A DNA stretch of 64,000 bases from the human T2T-CHM13v2.0 reference genome, Homo sapiens. The stretch lies in NCBI RefSeq assembly GCF_009914755.1, contig NC_060926.1. One strand, written 5' to 3'. The position numbers were made by a program, and so were the translations under genes. Below are positions 46,085 to 64,000 of the stretch, piece by piece (within the stretch, counting starts at the first letter, position 1; every line of letters starts with the position of its first letter). The notes beneath the pieces were generated by a model. It was not told where the DNA came from and made no database searches. It saw only the letters and a program-made list of their open reading frames with translations.

Positions 46085-47190
46085 TACTAGCCTCCTAAGG
46101 CTGCCATAAAAATTACCACACACTGAGTGGCTTTAAACAACAGAATTTTAATTCTCTCATAGTTACGGAGGCTAGAAGTGTAGAAAAACAAGGTATTGGC
46201 AGAGCCACACACCCTCCAAAAGCTCTAGGCGAGAATCCTTCCTTGCCTCTATTTCAGCTTCCAGTAGCTCCTGGCCTGCCTGGGCCTGTGGCAGCGTAAC
46301 TCCAAGCTTGCCCTCCCTCTTCATATGGCCTTCTTCCCTGTGTTTCTGTCCCCTTGTCCTCTTCTTACATAATACTCGGATAATTCCCTTTGTAGTATTT
46401 ATCACAAATTGTGTACATGTGGTTATTTTTTAAGGGGTGTGGGGAGCAGTGTCTTGCTTTGTTGCTGATATGCTTTGGCTGTGCCCCCACCCAAATCTCA
46501 CCTTGAATTGTAGCTCCCATAATTCCCACGAATTGTGGGAGGGACCCGTTCGGAGAAATTGAACCATGGGGGCGGTTTCCTCCATACTGTTTTTGTGGTA
46601 GTAAATAAGTCTCATGAGATCTGATGGTTTTATAAGAGGAAACCCCTTTTGCTTGGCTCTCATTCTCTTTGCCTGTCGCCAAGTAAGACATGCCTTTCGC
46701 CTTCCACTATGATTGTGAGGCCTCCTCAGCCACATGGAACTGTGAGTCCATTAAACCTGTTTTTCTTTATAAATTACCCAGTCTCAGTGGGGCGCAGTGG
46801 CTCACGCCTGCAATTCCAGCACTTTGAGAGCCCAAGACGGGAGGATCTCTTGAGGTCAGGAGTTCAAGACAAGCCTGGCCAACATGGTGAAACCCCATCT
46901 CTACTAAAAATACAAAATTTAGCCAGGCTATGGGGTGCACATCTGTGAGGCTGAGGCAGGAGAATCGCTTGAACCTGGGAGGCGGAGGTTGCAGTGAGCC
47001 GAGATCGCTGCCACTGTACTCCAGCCTGGTGACAGAGTGAGACTCCGTCTCAAAAGAAGACAAAAACAAAACAAAAAAAACCTTTTATAGCCCAGGCTGG
47101 TCTCAAACTCCTGGGCTCAAGTGATTCCCCCACCCCACCTCAGCCTCCCAAGGCACTGGGATTACAAGCATGAGCCACAATGCCCGGTCC
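46085..47190. mobile_element. MLT1 fragment (~46085-46380), THE1 LTR (46466-46787,+), Alu (46789-47080,+), Alu fragment (47090-47190,-)
   Basis: THE1 motifs ccacccaaatctcaccttgaattgtagctcccataattccc and cattaaacc...taaattacccagtctc. Confidence 0.85.
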
Positions 47191-47678
47191 ATAATAGCAG
47201 TCTTGAGGGAAATATTTAGAAGGTCTACGTTGATTGGCATTTTTACAGAGACTTAAGTGAAAGCATTATTAGCATGACCAGATTTATATGCTGAGAGTTT
47301 TGGTAGGAATAGCTATTTCCTTGGATAACCAAGCCAGGATCAGAAGAAATCTGGAGAGGGCAGAAATGAGTTGACTTTAGCAAGATGAAATGTTAAAACT
47401 TTAGATGCAGTATCACACCTGCATTCCAGTAGTCAAGCTCATATTAGCATAGAGAAAGATGGCTTTGCAGTCCACGTGAGAAAGGCCTGAGGGGGTTCAG
47501 GTGACTGCAGTATGATTTAGTTGTCCCGGGAATTAATAATATCTTGAGCAGCATAAGTTATCAAGGAAGAGGGGCTTATAGTCATGTTCTGCTTCCTATT
47601 CATATACCACTTGAAATGCTCCTTTTGCCCTAGACCACATGTTTGTGTTGATTTAACAACAAATTGGATTGTCTGAAG

Positions 47679-47883
47679 CAGGGGTTGTCAAACTGAAGCC
47701 CCCAGTCTGCCTGTTTTAGTGAATACAGTTTTATTAGAACACCGCCAGCCCCATTTGCTTACATATTTTCTGTGACTGCTTTCCTGTTCCAAGTGTTATG
47801 TATTTGTTGCAAAGACCATATGGCCTGCAAAGCCTCAAATATTTACTATATAGACCTTTACAGAAAAAGCTCTCCAACCCCTG
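47679..47883. mobile_element. MER58-type hAT-Charlie MITE
   Basis: TIRs CAGGGGTTG...CAACCCCTG and internal motif tatggcctgcaaagcc. A second copy lies at about 56075-56295. Confidence 0.85.
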
Positions 47884-48025
47884 GTGTATTAAACTAGACC
47901 TAGATAACGAAGGAGACTGAAACCATGGCAAAAAGGAGTATAGGAACAGATGATGAAAAGATTTAGGTGTGACAGGGAGCGCTGTCTTCAAATATTTGAA
48001 AGACTGTAGTTTAGAAGAAAAATTA

Positions 48026-48541
<516 letters not shown>

Positions 48542-49598
48542 TCAGATATACAATGGTGTATAAGGTTAGGCATCTCTGAGCTCTGAGGTTTTTCATGGAA
48601 CGAGTCTATCAAACCCAGCCTGTGGTCCTCAAGCAGTTTTGAGGGCTCTAGCTTACCCTAGCCTGATAGATTGTAGAGCCAAGCAAGTCATGCCAGGTCT
48701 TAACTGGATTATCTACCTGGTTCAGGTTTCCTGGTGTTTGCCAAAATGTCACTCCAGTGGAAAATAATACCTTTAACAAACATTAACAAACCCAAATCTA
48801 GTCTAGCACCTTTAAAAGTCTGCATTTTATCTTTTTCATGAACATGGAAGGTTCAAGTCATTCTTCTTCTTGTGGGTTCTTAAGACAGTTTAGAGTTTGT
48901 TTATTGTGAGTGGTATGTGACCTTGAAAAATACTCAGGTGTGTAAGGCGAGAGCACAGAGTTTTGCTGCCTTCTATAATCTATTAATCTTTCTTCCTGTT
49001 TGAACTCATCAGCTGTTATTGAATGTCAAATAATTGAAATCCAATTAGGTAAACTGGCCTCCTTGTGTCAAACTTCTGATCTCCTGAAGTCGAAATTTCA
49101 TGTTAAAGCTTCAGAATTTTAAAAGCGGAGCTTTTCAAGTCAAAATACCATTCCTTAAAGACGTTCTTTTAGATTAAAGTTAAATTATGGAAAGCTGCTG
49201 AATGAAAATGAGCAAACAGTTGAATTAAGAACATTGCACAGTTACTTTGTGCACTATATTAGGTATTCATGTGATATCTTAAACGGTTTTCTTCTGATCT
49301 GACCTTACAACTTCTGTGCTTTAAGATGGATGGTGGACTTGAAAGGAGTGATTTTTCATTTTATTTGCCCCGCTGGCTATATTTCGTGGTTCTGGGTGCA
49401 GACTTTTGTGAAGTAAAGGAGTGTAGGGCCCTCCTATCTTGTCATTGGCAGCCTGTAGGGGTTCATATTGGTTCCTGGTCCTCAGGTCTGAAGACTTAAA
49501 TTCAGGCAGTCCTGTCAGTTCAGAACTCTTTCATTCTGCACAGGCTCCAATGGAGTGATATCTATTATGGAAAGGCTTTGTAAACTGTAGACCATCCT

Positions 49599-50227
49599 GG
49601 CCGGCACGGTGGCTCACGCCTGTAATCCCAGCACTTTGGGAGGCCAAGGTGGGTGGGTCACGAGGTCAGGAGATCGAGACCATCCTGGCTAACACGGTGA
49701 AACTCCGTCTCTACTAAAAATACAAAAAATTAGCTGGGCGTGGTGGTGGGCGCCTATAGTCCTAGCTACTCAGGAGGCTGAAGCAGGAGAATGGCATGAA
49801 CCTGGGAGGCGGAGCTTGCAGTGAGCCAAGATCGCGCCACTGCACTCCAGCCTGGGAGACAGAGTGAGACTCCGTCTCAAAAAGTATATGGGAGGATGTG
49901 TGTAGGTTATAGACAAATACTGTGCCATTTTATATAAGGGAGTTGAACATCCACAGAGAGTCCTGGGGCCAATTCCCCAAAGATACCGAGGGGCGACTGT
50001 ATATACTATTTTTTCCTATACATACACACCTGTGATAAAGTTTAGGCACAGTGAGTGATTAACAACAACAACTAAGAATAAAACAACTATAACAATGTAC
50101 TGTTATTACATTTATGTGAATTTGGTCTCTCTCTCTCAAAACGTCTGTGTGTACTGTACTTACCTATTTTCCGACCCTGGTTGGCTATGGTTAAAATGAA
50201 ACCTTGGTTAAGTAGGTGACTGCTGTA
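49599..50227 (+). mobile_element. Tail-less AluY-like element (49599-49883) fused to the right end of a MER2 (to ~50001) nested in the right end of a MER44/Tigger7 (to ~50227)
   Basis: MER2 end gataccgaggggcgactgta; MER44 motifs aggcacagtgag..attaacaaca and ttatgtgaatttggtctctctctctcaaaa. Confidence 0.75.
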
Positions 50228-50321
50228 CTAATATAAGTGGGCTCCTGCTGAGAGGCTGGATGCAGCTTTAGAGTTTCTACCTCTGGCCATTAGAAGCAAA
50301 CCACATTGTCCATCATCATTT

Positions 50322-52880
<2,559 letters not shown>

Positions 52881-52966
52881 TTACTATTATTTTCACCTAA
52901 GAAATGTTATTCTGTCTACTAGTAGGCAAGGATTTACTCTGAATATTTTCTTTCATTTCTTAACAG

Positions 52967-53035
52967 TACAGTGCTGTGGATACCAATCCACTTTCTCTGT
53001 ATGTCATGCATCCATTCTGGAACACTATAGTAAAG
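52967..53035 (+). CDS. SELENOI: SELENOI exon 2 (YSAVDTNPLSLYVMHPFWNTIVK)
   Basis: ttaacag|TAC ... AAG|gtaaga; 69 nt, phase 0-0. Confidence 0.97.
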
Positions 53036-53496
53036 GTAAGATAATTAATATGTATGTACTTTTTGTTTTAGTAAGTTTTAAAGATTTTAACCTATTTTAT
53101 GGAGTATTATAAATGCAACTCTCAGTTTCATAAGATATTTAGAGAAACCACCCTTCCCCAATCACAATACCCCAAATCACATACCTTTTGATTTATCTTA
53201 CTGTTGAAGTTTATACCCTGGGATTTGTCACTTTTGTAAAATCCCTTTTAAAATTTTTCTAAAATAGACTTAATGTTATGATTATAGAAGTTTGCTGATT
53301 ACAGAGTTAGTTAAAAAATAGAGGATGGAAGAAAGAATGCTGATGGAGATTATCGTTTACGTGTTAATGTCTATAACTTCTCCATATGATCTTTCAAATG
53401 TATAGCTTTTATTATGACTTCAGTTTGCATGTTGTAGTATACATTGGACAGAGATTCCTCTACTTTAATTATTTTATAATTATTTTGCAAAAATAG

Positions 53497-53605
53497 GTAT
53501 TTCCTACTTGGCTGGCGCCCAATCTGATAACTTTTTCTGGCTTTCTGCTGGTCGTATTCAATTTTCTGCTAATGGCATACTTTGATCCTGACTTTTATGC
53601 CTCAG
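53497..53605 (+). CDS. SELENOI: SELENOI exon 3 ([16 protein letters not shown]...DPDFYAS)
   Basis: aaatag|GTA ... CAG|gtaaga; 109 nt. Contains the APNLIT motif typical of CEPT/CHPT/EPT enzymes. Confidence 0.97.
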
Positions 53606-54459
53606 GTAAGAATATTACTTTATTATAAAATTTAACTGAGTAGAAAAAAATGAAATGTGGATGCTTATTTTCTGGTTTTGTTAAAATGTTCATATTTCTA
53701 AAAAATTTTGAATATTATAATGGCATCACCTTGCCTATTGAATTAGATATGTTGTCTAAAAAGCAATGAGGTTTTGGCAGATAAAGAATAATTGGGTTTA
53801 CATGAAGATGGAAAATTAAGACTCAAAACTTTGCCTAAAAATGAATACAAACAGGGCTCAGTTTACCTGTCAGCTCTAGGAATATCCCTTCTCCTTTTCT
53901 AGTCATGAAAGAAAAATCCCCTTTCTTCTGAAGGACATGTGATTGTCTTTCCTTCTTCCCAGCATCCCTACTTGACTTGAATGACTCCTAGTTTCCTCTG
54001 AAAATGATACTTAGACCTTAAGTATTTATTGCTAAGTCTGGACCCTTATTGAGGAAGAGAGGAAGGAGGCACTTTTGGAGCCAGTGGTCAGCCTGCTCCT
54101 GCCCTCTGCTCCAACATCTTCTCTCTCACTCATTTTATCTTCACTCTGTTTCACACCCAGCTTCTGCCCCAGGCCAAAGAATTGGGATGACGAGGGAATA
54201 GTTGGAGACAAGTTTTGTTTTTATTGTTCAGTCAGTTGATTGCATTGAGAGGAATAGAAAGTTGGAGATAGATGGGCATTTTTTGCATTCTAAGAGAATT
54301 TTCCAACAGTAATACTTAGAAATGATGTAGTCAGGAGTGTTAGTGTTATAATTCATCTGTGTATGAGTTCAGCAGACTTTTCTGGACTGACCTGGAGAAA
54401 CTGAGTACCACTGACAACATTGTTTTAGTAGAAAAATTTGGAGTTTCAAACACTTAAGA

Positions 54460-54770
<311 letters not shown>

Positions 54771-55799
54771 TAGAAATTCCAAATATTGAAAGTATACATA
54801 TGCTGAACTTTACTGAAACTTTTAGCCATAGCTTCTGTACATGTAATAAAATGGTAATTGAAGTTGGAAATGCCAACTCTGAAGCATGAGAAGATCATAA
54901 AGTACACATGAATAAAGAGTAAGATTAAATTTTGTTAAGCATTGTTTGGGTATTGTGGGTTTTTAAAAATTTATTTATTTATTTATTTATTTTTGTATTT
55001 TAATCCTCAGGACACCCTAAAGAATGTATCTTTGTAACTAGAAATACTATTTTCTTTGACAACTCTAAATAAGATTATTTACTTAGCTATTAACAGCATC
55101 AAACATATGTAAATGTTATATATATCTCCCCAAATCATATAAGTTCAAGGACCAGATAAACCATCTGTTCCCAAAATATTTGGAAAATACAAGATGGGAG
55201 AGATTAAATGATACATTCAAGGTTACACTGCTGGTTGATTACAAAGCCAGGACTAGACCCTAGACTTTCTGATTCTCAGTTGTTTTGTCTTAGGGGAAAA
55301 AGTGAGCTCTAGATATTTCAGAATGATTCTGATGCCCAAATCATTCAGTTGAGGTGATCTATCTATACCCAAATCAAAAGGTCTTTTGTTTAGCTAATTA
55401 ATAGTATAGGAAAGGATAAGGTGAAGGCTCAATACAAGTTTGTAATACAGTCATAAACAAGAATTAGATTAAATGCAATTAATTTCTAAATTCCAAAAAT
55501 ATATTATTTTTCATTGTAGGCGCATGAAAATTATTTATTTTCAAGTAAAGGTGAACACTCAGTCTTGAGTTACGATAAAAGCTCAAAATAACTGCTTACT
55601 GTTTGTGACAGGCTGGGATGTTGCTTTTTTGGTTTTATCAGTTTCCTGGTATTATTTACGTAATTCTGGATTCAAAATATATTGTAAAGTACTTTAACTT
55701 CTAATGAACAAATAGCGACACTTCTCACTGTCAGTATATGCTATGGTAAGAACTACTGTACTTAAACTGTATTAAAATCTTAGTTGCTTTCCTTTTCAG

Positions 55800-55874
55800 C
55801 ACCAGGTCACAAGCACGTGCCTGACTGGGTTTGGATTGTAGTGGGCATCCTCAACTTCGTAGCCTACACGCTAG
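55800..55874 (+). CDS. SELENOI: SELENOI exon 4 ([25 protein letters not shown])
   Basis: ttttcag|CA ... TAG|gtaagg; 75 nt, phase 1-1. Confidence 0.97.
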
Positions 55875-58525
55875 GTAAGGAATTGGTAAATACTTACTAT
55901 AGTTAGTGACTGGTGAATCAGCAAGGATAGCCACGTATTAAAATAACATTTTCTCCTGTGCTTAATTCATTTTAACTAGAGTTTATTAGTATCCTGTTCA
56001 AATTGATAAATATGTTTTTGAGTTTCTTTACAAAAAATTTTGTCATTCATTGCCAGGGATTCACAGAATAAGATAAGAGTTGGTAAACTACTACTTGTGG
56101 GCCAAATTTGGTGTGTAGCCTATTTTTGTTAGTAGAGTTTTACTGGCACACATCTATGCTTATTCCTTTATATATTGTCTATGGCTGTTTTCCTGCTATA
56201 AAGACACAGTTGAATAGTTGCAACAAAGACTGTATGGCCTGCAAAGCCTAAAATATTTATCATGCGGCCTTTAAAAAATATTTACCAACCTCTGGAATAA
56301 GACATCATTTTTATTAAGTTTGGGAAGCAATACTGTCATATGTAATAATTAAAAAATAGTATGATAGAACACAGTGGGAAAACAAATAAGGAAGTGATCA
56401 ATTCTTTTTTGGTACAGGGAGCGGTCAGGGAGTGGGCAGGGAGGCCTACTGTGCTAGACCATGCTGTCTGTCCTGCCAAGAATGCTTTTCATTAGGATTA
56501 TCCACATGGCTTGTCCTGCATTCTTCTCTCCTTCCCTGCTTTATTTTTCTCCATAGCACTTAAAACCATGTAACATGTTATCTATTTACTTGCCTGCTTG
56601 TTTGTTATCTCTCTTTTCTAACTAAAACGTTAAGTTTTGTGAAAGTGAGTACTGCGTTGTTCACTACTGTATCCCCAGTATCGTAGACACTCGGTACATA
56701 GTTTTTAAATACATGTAAAATAGCAGACCCTGACTTCAAGTTGCTTAGATCTCTTCAGATAAAAGTGACTTGTTCTCATAAAACCAGCATAACCTGCTAC
56801 ATGATTAAATGCTGATATGGTAGATGTCATGCTGACCAGAGCTGCAAGAGTTTGGAGAAGGAAGAAATCAGTGACGTCTAGAAGAATTAAGGGAAAGCTT
56901 AGTTAAAAGCTACATATTTAGGCAGAGGTTTTTGCACATTTGTTATTAAAGATGAGCAGGTCTTTAAGTGCTGCTGAAGGATTTGGTTGCCAAGGACTGC
57001 TGAGAGGAATAGGGAAAAGTTGAGAGTGGCTGTGAGCTCTGACTTTTGACAACACGCCGTAAGATCCTTTTGATGTACCATCTACTTGTTCTAGGCCCAC
57101 AGTTTTCTGGCAAAAACCCTGGTCTGACATGAACTATTTGTTGCAAACCAGTCTTGAACGAACATGAAGCAGTTTATAATCTTTATTCTACCTAGTGTGA
57201 CTATTCATGACATTTTGCTGCAGAAATACTAAGATGTTTGATCACAGGATGCTGCTCTATGTCCTACTGGGGAGTCTCTGATAATATATGATATATGCCC
57301 TGAATTACCTTTTTAAGAAAAAAAAATTCTAAAGCATATCTGGACCTCAGACTTGTGGAGATGGAATGGGTGTAGTGAGAAAATGTATAAAACCTAATTA
57401 ATACATAGTTATGAATTTAGTATTGTAATAACTGTATAGGAGTTACATTGAAAATGGGAAATTGTTAAGCCAGTAAATAATGAGAAAAGACTTTCTGGGA
57501 ATATTTTAGCTACTTCAGGGCAAAAACTTTCCCAACCCTGTATAACAGAAATCTGTAGTATTTGGATAGGGAGTTTGGGATTCATCTTTTCATATAGTCT
57601 TCAACAATATATTATGCCACAGACTGATCTAGGCACTGGGGAATGTACTTTGGTGAGCAAGATTAACCGTAATTATAGGAGTTAATTCCTTAATCTGAAT
57701 TTTTTCAGTTAGCCTAATTCTAATGCACTAGTTAACAAAACTGTTTCTTTTGGGGGAAAAATTGTACAGTTCAGTGAGACAGGCTGTCTCTAACAGGCTC
57801 TTCTGTTTCTGCCTGTAAAATGAAGGTATTCTACTGTGCTTTATCCTAAACTCTGGCTTTCTCCTCATTCCCTTGGTAATGGTGATTCTCACTCTACAGT
57901 CTTAGTTAAGATTCTCATGTTTATATCTAGCCCTGATCTGTGTTCTGAGTTCCTAATAAGTACCCTTGGATTGAGTTCCTTGACATTACCATGTGGATAT
58001 CTCACTAACATTTCAATTTCAGTATCTAAAATTGTACTCTGCATCTTGTCTGTCACTCTTGCTGCTTATTCTGACTTCTTTTTTTCTATTAACACTACCA
58101 CTATCTTCGTTACCCAGAATAGAAACTGGAGATTCTCTTCTTGTCCTTAGGCCTTATCCCTCATCTTTTGCGGCATTTTATCATTTTTATTTCCTCCATC
58201 TCACCTACCACCAGTTTCTCATTCCTACTGCATTTCATCTCAGGCCTACTAATTAGTGTCCCTCTCTCCAGCCTGTCATTCATACCGTCATGTGCCTCTT
58301 CCTGAAGCATTGCTTTCATGCTTGTGATTTCTCTATTCAGATACCTTTAGTAACTCCCCATATTCCCTACAACTTTTAAACTGGCTCAAACCTCCTTTTT
58401 GACCTTTTTATATACTTCACTCTTAACATGCTAGTCTCTAGTCAAACTAAGGTTCTTGGCATTTTCTGAACATGCATTGTGCTTTTCCACCCTGGTGTGT
58501 TTTGCTGATAGCATTCCCTCCTCTT

Positions 58526-60520
58526 TTTTTTATTGATCATTCTTGGGTGTTTCTCACAGAGGGGGATTTGGCAGGGTCATAGGACAATAGTGGAGGGAAG
58601 GTCAGCAGATAAACAAGTGAACAAAGGTCTCTGGTTTTCCTAGGCAGAGGACCCTGTGGCCTTCCGCAGCGTTTGTGTCCCTGGGTACTTGAGATTAGGG
58701 AGTGGTGATGACTCTTAATGAGCATGCTGCCTTCAAGCATCTGTTTAACAAAGCACATCTTGCACCGCCCTTAATCCATTTAACTCTGAGTGGACACAGC
58801 ACATGTTTCAGAGAGCACAGGGTTGGGGGTAAGGTCACAGATCAACAGGATCCCAAGGCAGAAGAATTTTTCTAAGTACAGAACAAAATGAAAAGTCTCC
58901 CATGTCTACCTCTTTCTACACAGACACGGCAACCATCCGATTTCTCAATCTTTTCCCCACCTTTCCCCCCTTTCTATTCCACAAAGCCGCCATTGTCATC
59001 CTGGCCCGTTCTCAATGAGCTGTTGGGCACACCTCCCAGACGGGGTGGTGGCCGGGCAGAGGGGCTCCTCACTTCCCAGTAGGGGCGGCTGGGCAGAGGC
59101 ACCCCTCACCTCCCGGACGGGGCAGCTGGCTGGGCGGGGGGCTGACCCCCCCACCTCCCTCCCAGACGGGGCGGCTGGCCGGGCAGAGGGGCTCCTCACG
59201 TCCCAGTAGGGGCCACCGGGCAGAGGCGCCCCTCACCTCCCGGACGGGGCGGCTGGCTGGGCGGGGGGCTGACCCCCCCACCTCCCTCCCAGACGGGGCG
59301 GCTGGCTGGGCAGAGGGGCTCCTCACGTCCCAGTAGGGGCCACCGGGCAGAGGCGCCCCTCACCTCCCGGACGGGGCGGCTGGCCGGGCGGGGGGCTGAC
59401 CCCCCCACCTCCCTCCCGGACGGGGCGGCTGGCCGGGCAGAGGGGCTCCTCACCTCCCGGACGGGGCGGCTGGCCGGGCGGGGGGCTGACACCCCCACCT
59501 CCCTCCCGGACGGGGCGGCTGGCCAGGCGGGGGGCTGACACCCCCACCTCCCTCCCGGACGGGGCGGCTGGCCGGGCGGGGGGCTGACCCCCCCACCTCC
59601 CTCCCGGACAGGGCGGCTGGCCAGGCAGAGGGGCTCCTCACTTCCCAGTAGGGGCGGCCGGGCAGAGGCGCCCCTCACCTCCCGGACGGGGCGGCTGGCC
59701 GGGCCAGGGGCTGACCCCCCCACCTCCCTCCCGGACGGGGCGGCTGGCCTGGCGGGGGGCTGACCCCTCCCACCTCCCTCCCGGACGGGGTGGCTGCCGG
59801 GCGGAGATGCTCCTCACTTCCCAGACGGGGTGGCTGCCAGGCGGAGAGGCTCCTCACTTCTCAGACGGGGTGGCCGGGCAGAGACGCTCCTCACCTCCCA
59901 GACGGGGTGGCGGCCGGGCAGAGGCGCTCCTCACATCCCAGACGGGGCGGCGGGGCAGAGGCGCTCCCCACATCCCAGACGATGGGCAGCCGGGCAGAGA
60001 CGCTCCTCACTTCCTAGATGTGATGGCGGCCGGGAAGAGGCGCTCCTCACTTCCCAGATGGGGTGGCGGCCGGGCAGAGGCTGCAATCTTGGCACTTTGG
60101 GAGGCCAAGGCAGGCGGCTGGGAGGTGGAGGTTGTAGCGAGCCGAGATCACGCCACTGCACTCCAGCCTGGGCGCCATTGAGCACTGAGTGAACCAGACT
60201 CCGTCTGCAATCCCGGCACCTCGGGAGGCCGAGGCTGGCGGATCACTCGCGGTTAGGAGCTGGAGACCAGCCCGGCCAACACAGCGAAACCCCGTCTCCA
60301 CCAAAAAAATACGAAAACCAGTCAGGCGTGGCGGCGTGCGCCTGCAATTGCAGGCACTCCGCAGGCTGAGGCAGGAGAATCAGGCAGGGAGATTGCAGTG
60401 AGCCGAGATGGCAGCAGTATAGTCCAGCTTCGGCTCGGCATGAGAGGGAGACCATGGGGAGAGGGAAACCATGGGGAGAGGGAGACCATGGGGAGAGGGA
60501 GAGGGAGAGGGAGAGGGAGC
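58526..60520 (-). mobile_element. Full-length SVA retrotransposon, antisense in SELENOI intron 4
   Basis: SINE-R ~58526-59025, GC-rich VNTR ~59026-60075, Alu-like domain ~60076-60440, CCCTCT hexamers ~60490-60519. Perfect 15-bp TSD GCATTCCCTCCTCTT at 58511-58525 and 60521-60535. Confidence 0.98.
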
Positions 60521-60724
60521 GCATTCCCTCCTCTTGAAATGACATACTTCTTTATCTCTTATCAGCTGAAATCCAACTCATTCTTTATGTCCTCTACTCA
60601 GATTTCACTTGCCTGAAAAGCCATTCTAGATTATCTTAGCCTAAAGAGAACCTTTCCCTTATCTGTACTCTTTTATGGTTTGTGATATACCATACCTTTA
60701 TTATCATGTTTTGTTCCTTTCTCT

Positions 60725-63554
<2,830 letters not shown>

Positions 63555-63645
63555 TGACTTGACTTAATGCTGCATAAAGCATGGTGACTCCTGATCTTTC
63601 TAGCGTTAATGCTTCTGTATGCTTTTGTCTGCATTTTCCTTCCAG

Positions 63646-63754
63646 ACTATTTCTTTTGTCTACATAGTGACTGCAGTTGTGGGAGTTGAGGCCTGGTATG
63701 AACCTTTCCTGTTTAATTTCTTATATAGAGACCTATTCACTGCAATGATTATTG
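63646..63754 (+). CDS. SELENOI: SELENOI exon 6 ([36 protein letters not shown])
   Basis: ttccag|ACT ... TTG|gtaaga; 109 nt. The gene continues beyond the window. Confidence 0.97.
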
Positions 63755-64000
63755 GTAAGAAGCTCCATGTTGAAGCCTGTTTTAACCATCACTTTGTTAT
63801 CAAAAGAGCCGGTATTTGACTATAACAAGCAACAACACCCTTTGCCTCACAAAACCTCCAGGAAGCAGAACAACCCTACAACCTTGTAGGATTTCAGCCT
63901 AACCATTAAGAAAAATAAGGTTTCCCTGTTTTTGGGGTTTTTTTGTTCAGCATCAGCTATTTCTAATCAGAGGGAAATACCAAAATAGATCACATAAGCC

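Noticed and set aside
48900-49560. Unique intronic sequence that might be an enhancer or cryptic exon
   Set aside because: Cannot be supported without conservation or chromatin data.
58537-60616. Many overlapping ORFs with repeated peptides, superficially like an array
   Set aside because: These are translations of the SVA VNTR, Alu-like and SINE-R domains. There are no unique spacers or cas genes, so this is not CRISPR.

Overview
Primate (most likely human) genomic DNA containing two head-to-head genes. On the minus strand is the 5' part of ADGRF3/GPR113, an adhesion GPCR: six coding exons at 900-4427 plus a candidate distal first coding exon at 34801-34914. On the plus strand are coding exons 1-6 of SELENOI/EPT1, the ethanolamine phosphotransferase selenoprotein (34913-63754); its Sec codon and SECIS lie beyond the window. 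A CpG-island promoter sits at about 34.2-35.5 kb. The rest is dense with repeats: many Alus, L1/L2/MIR fragments, MaLR/ERV LTRs, Tigger/MER DNA transposon remnants, and a full-length antisense SVA in SELENOI intron 4. The most striking observation is that the SELENOI ATG and the ATG of the distal ADGRF3 exon interlock in one CATG palindrome (34912-34915), each gene's first codons forming the other's Kozak context. That exon would replace the GPCR signal peptide with a basic, nearly acid-free peptide. Gene identities come from my recall of the protein sequences, and repeat family names and repeat boundaries are by-eye calls; no database search was run.
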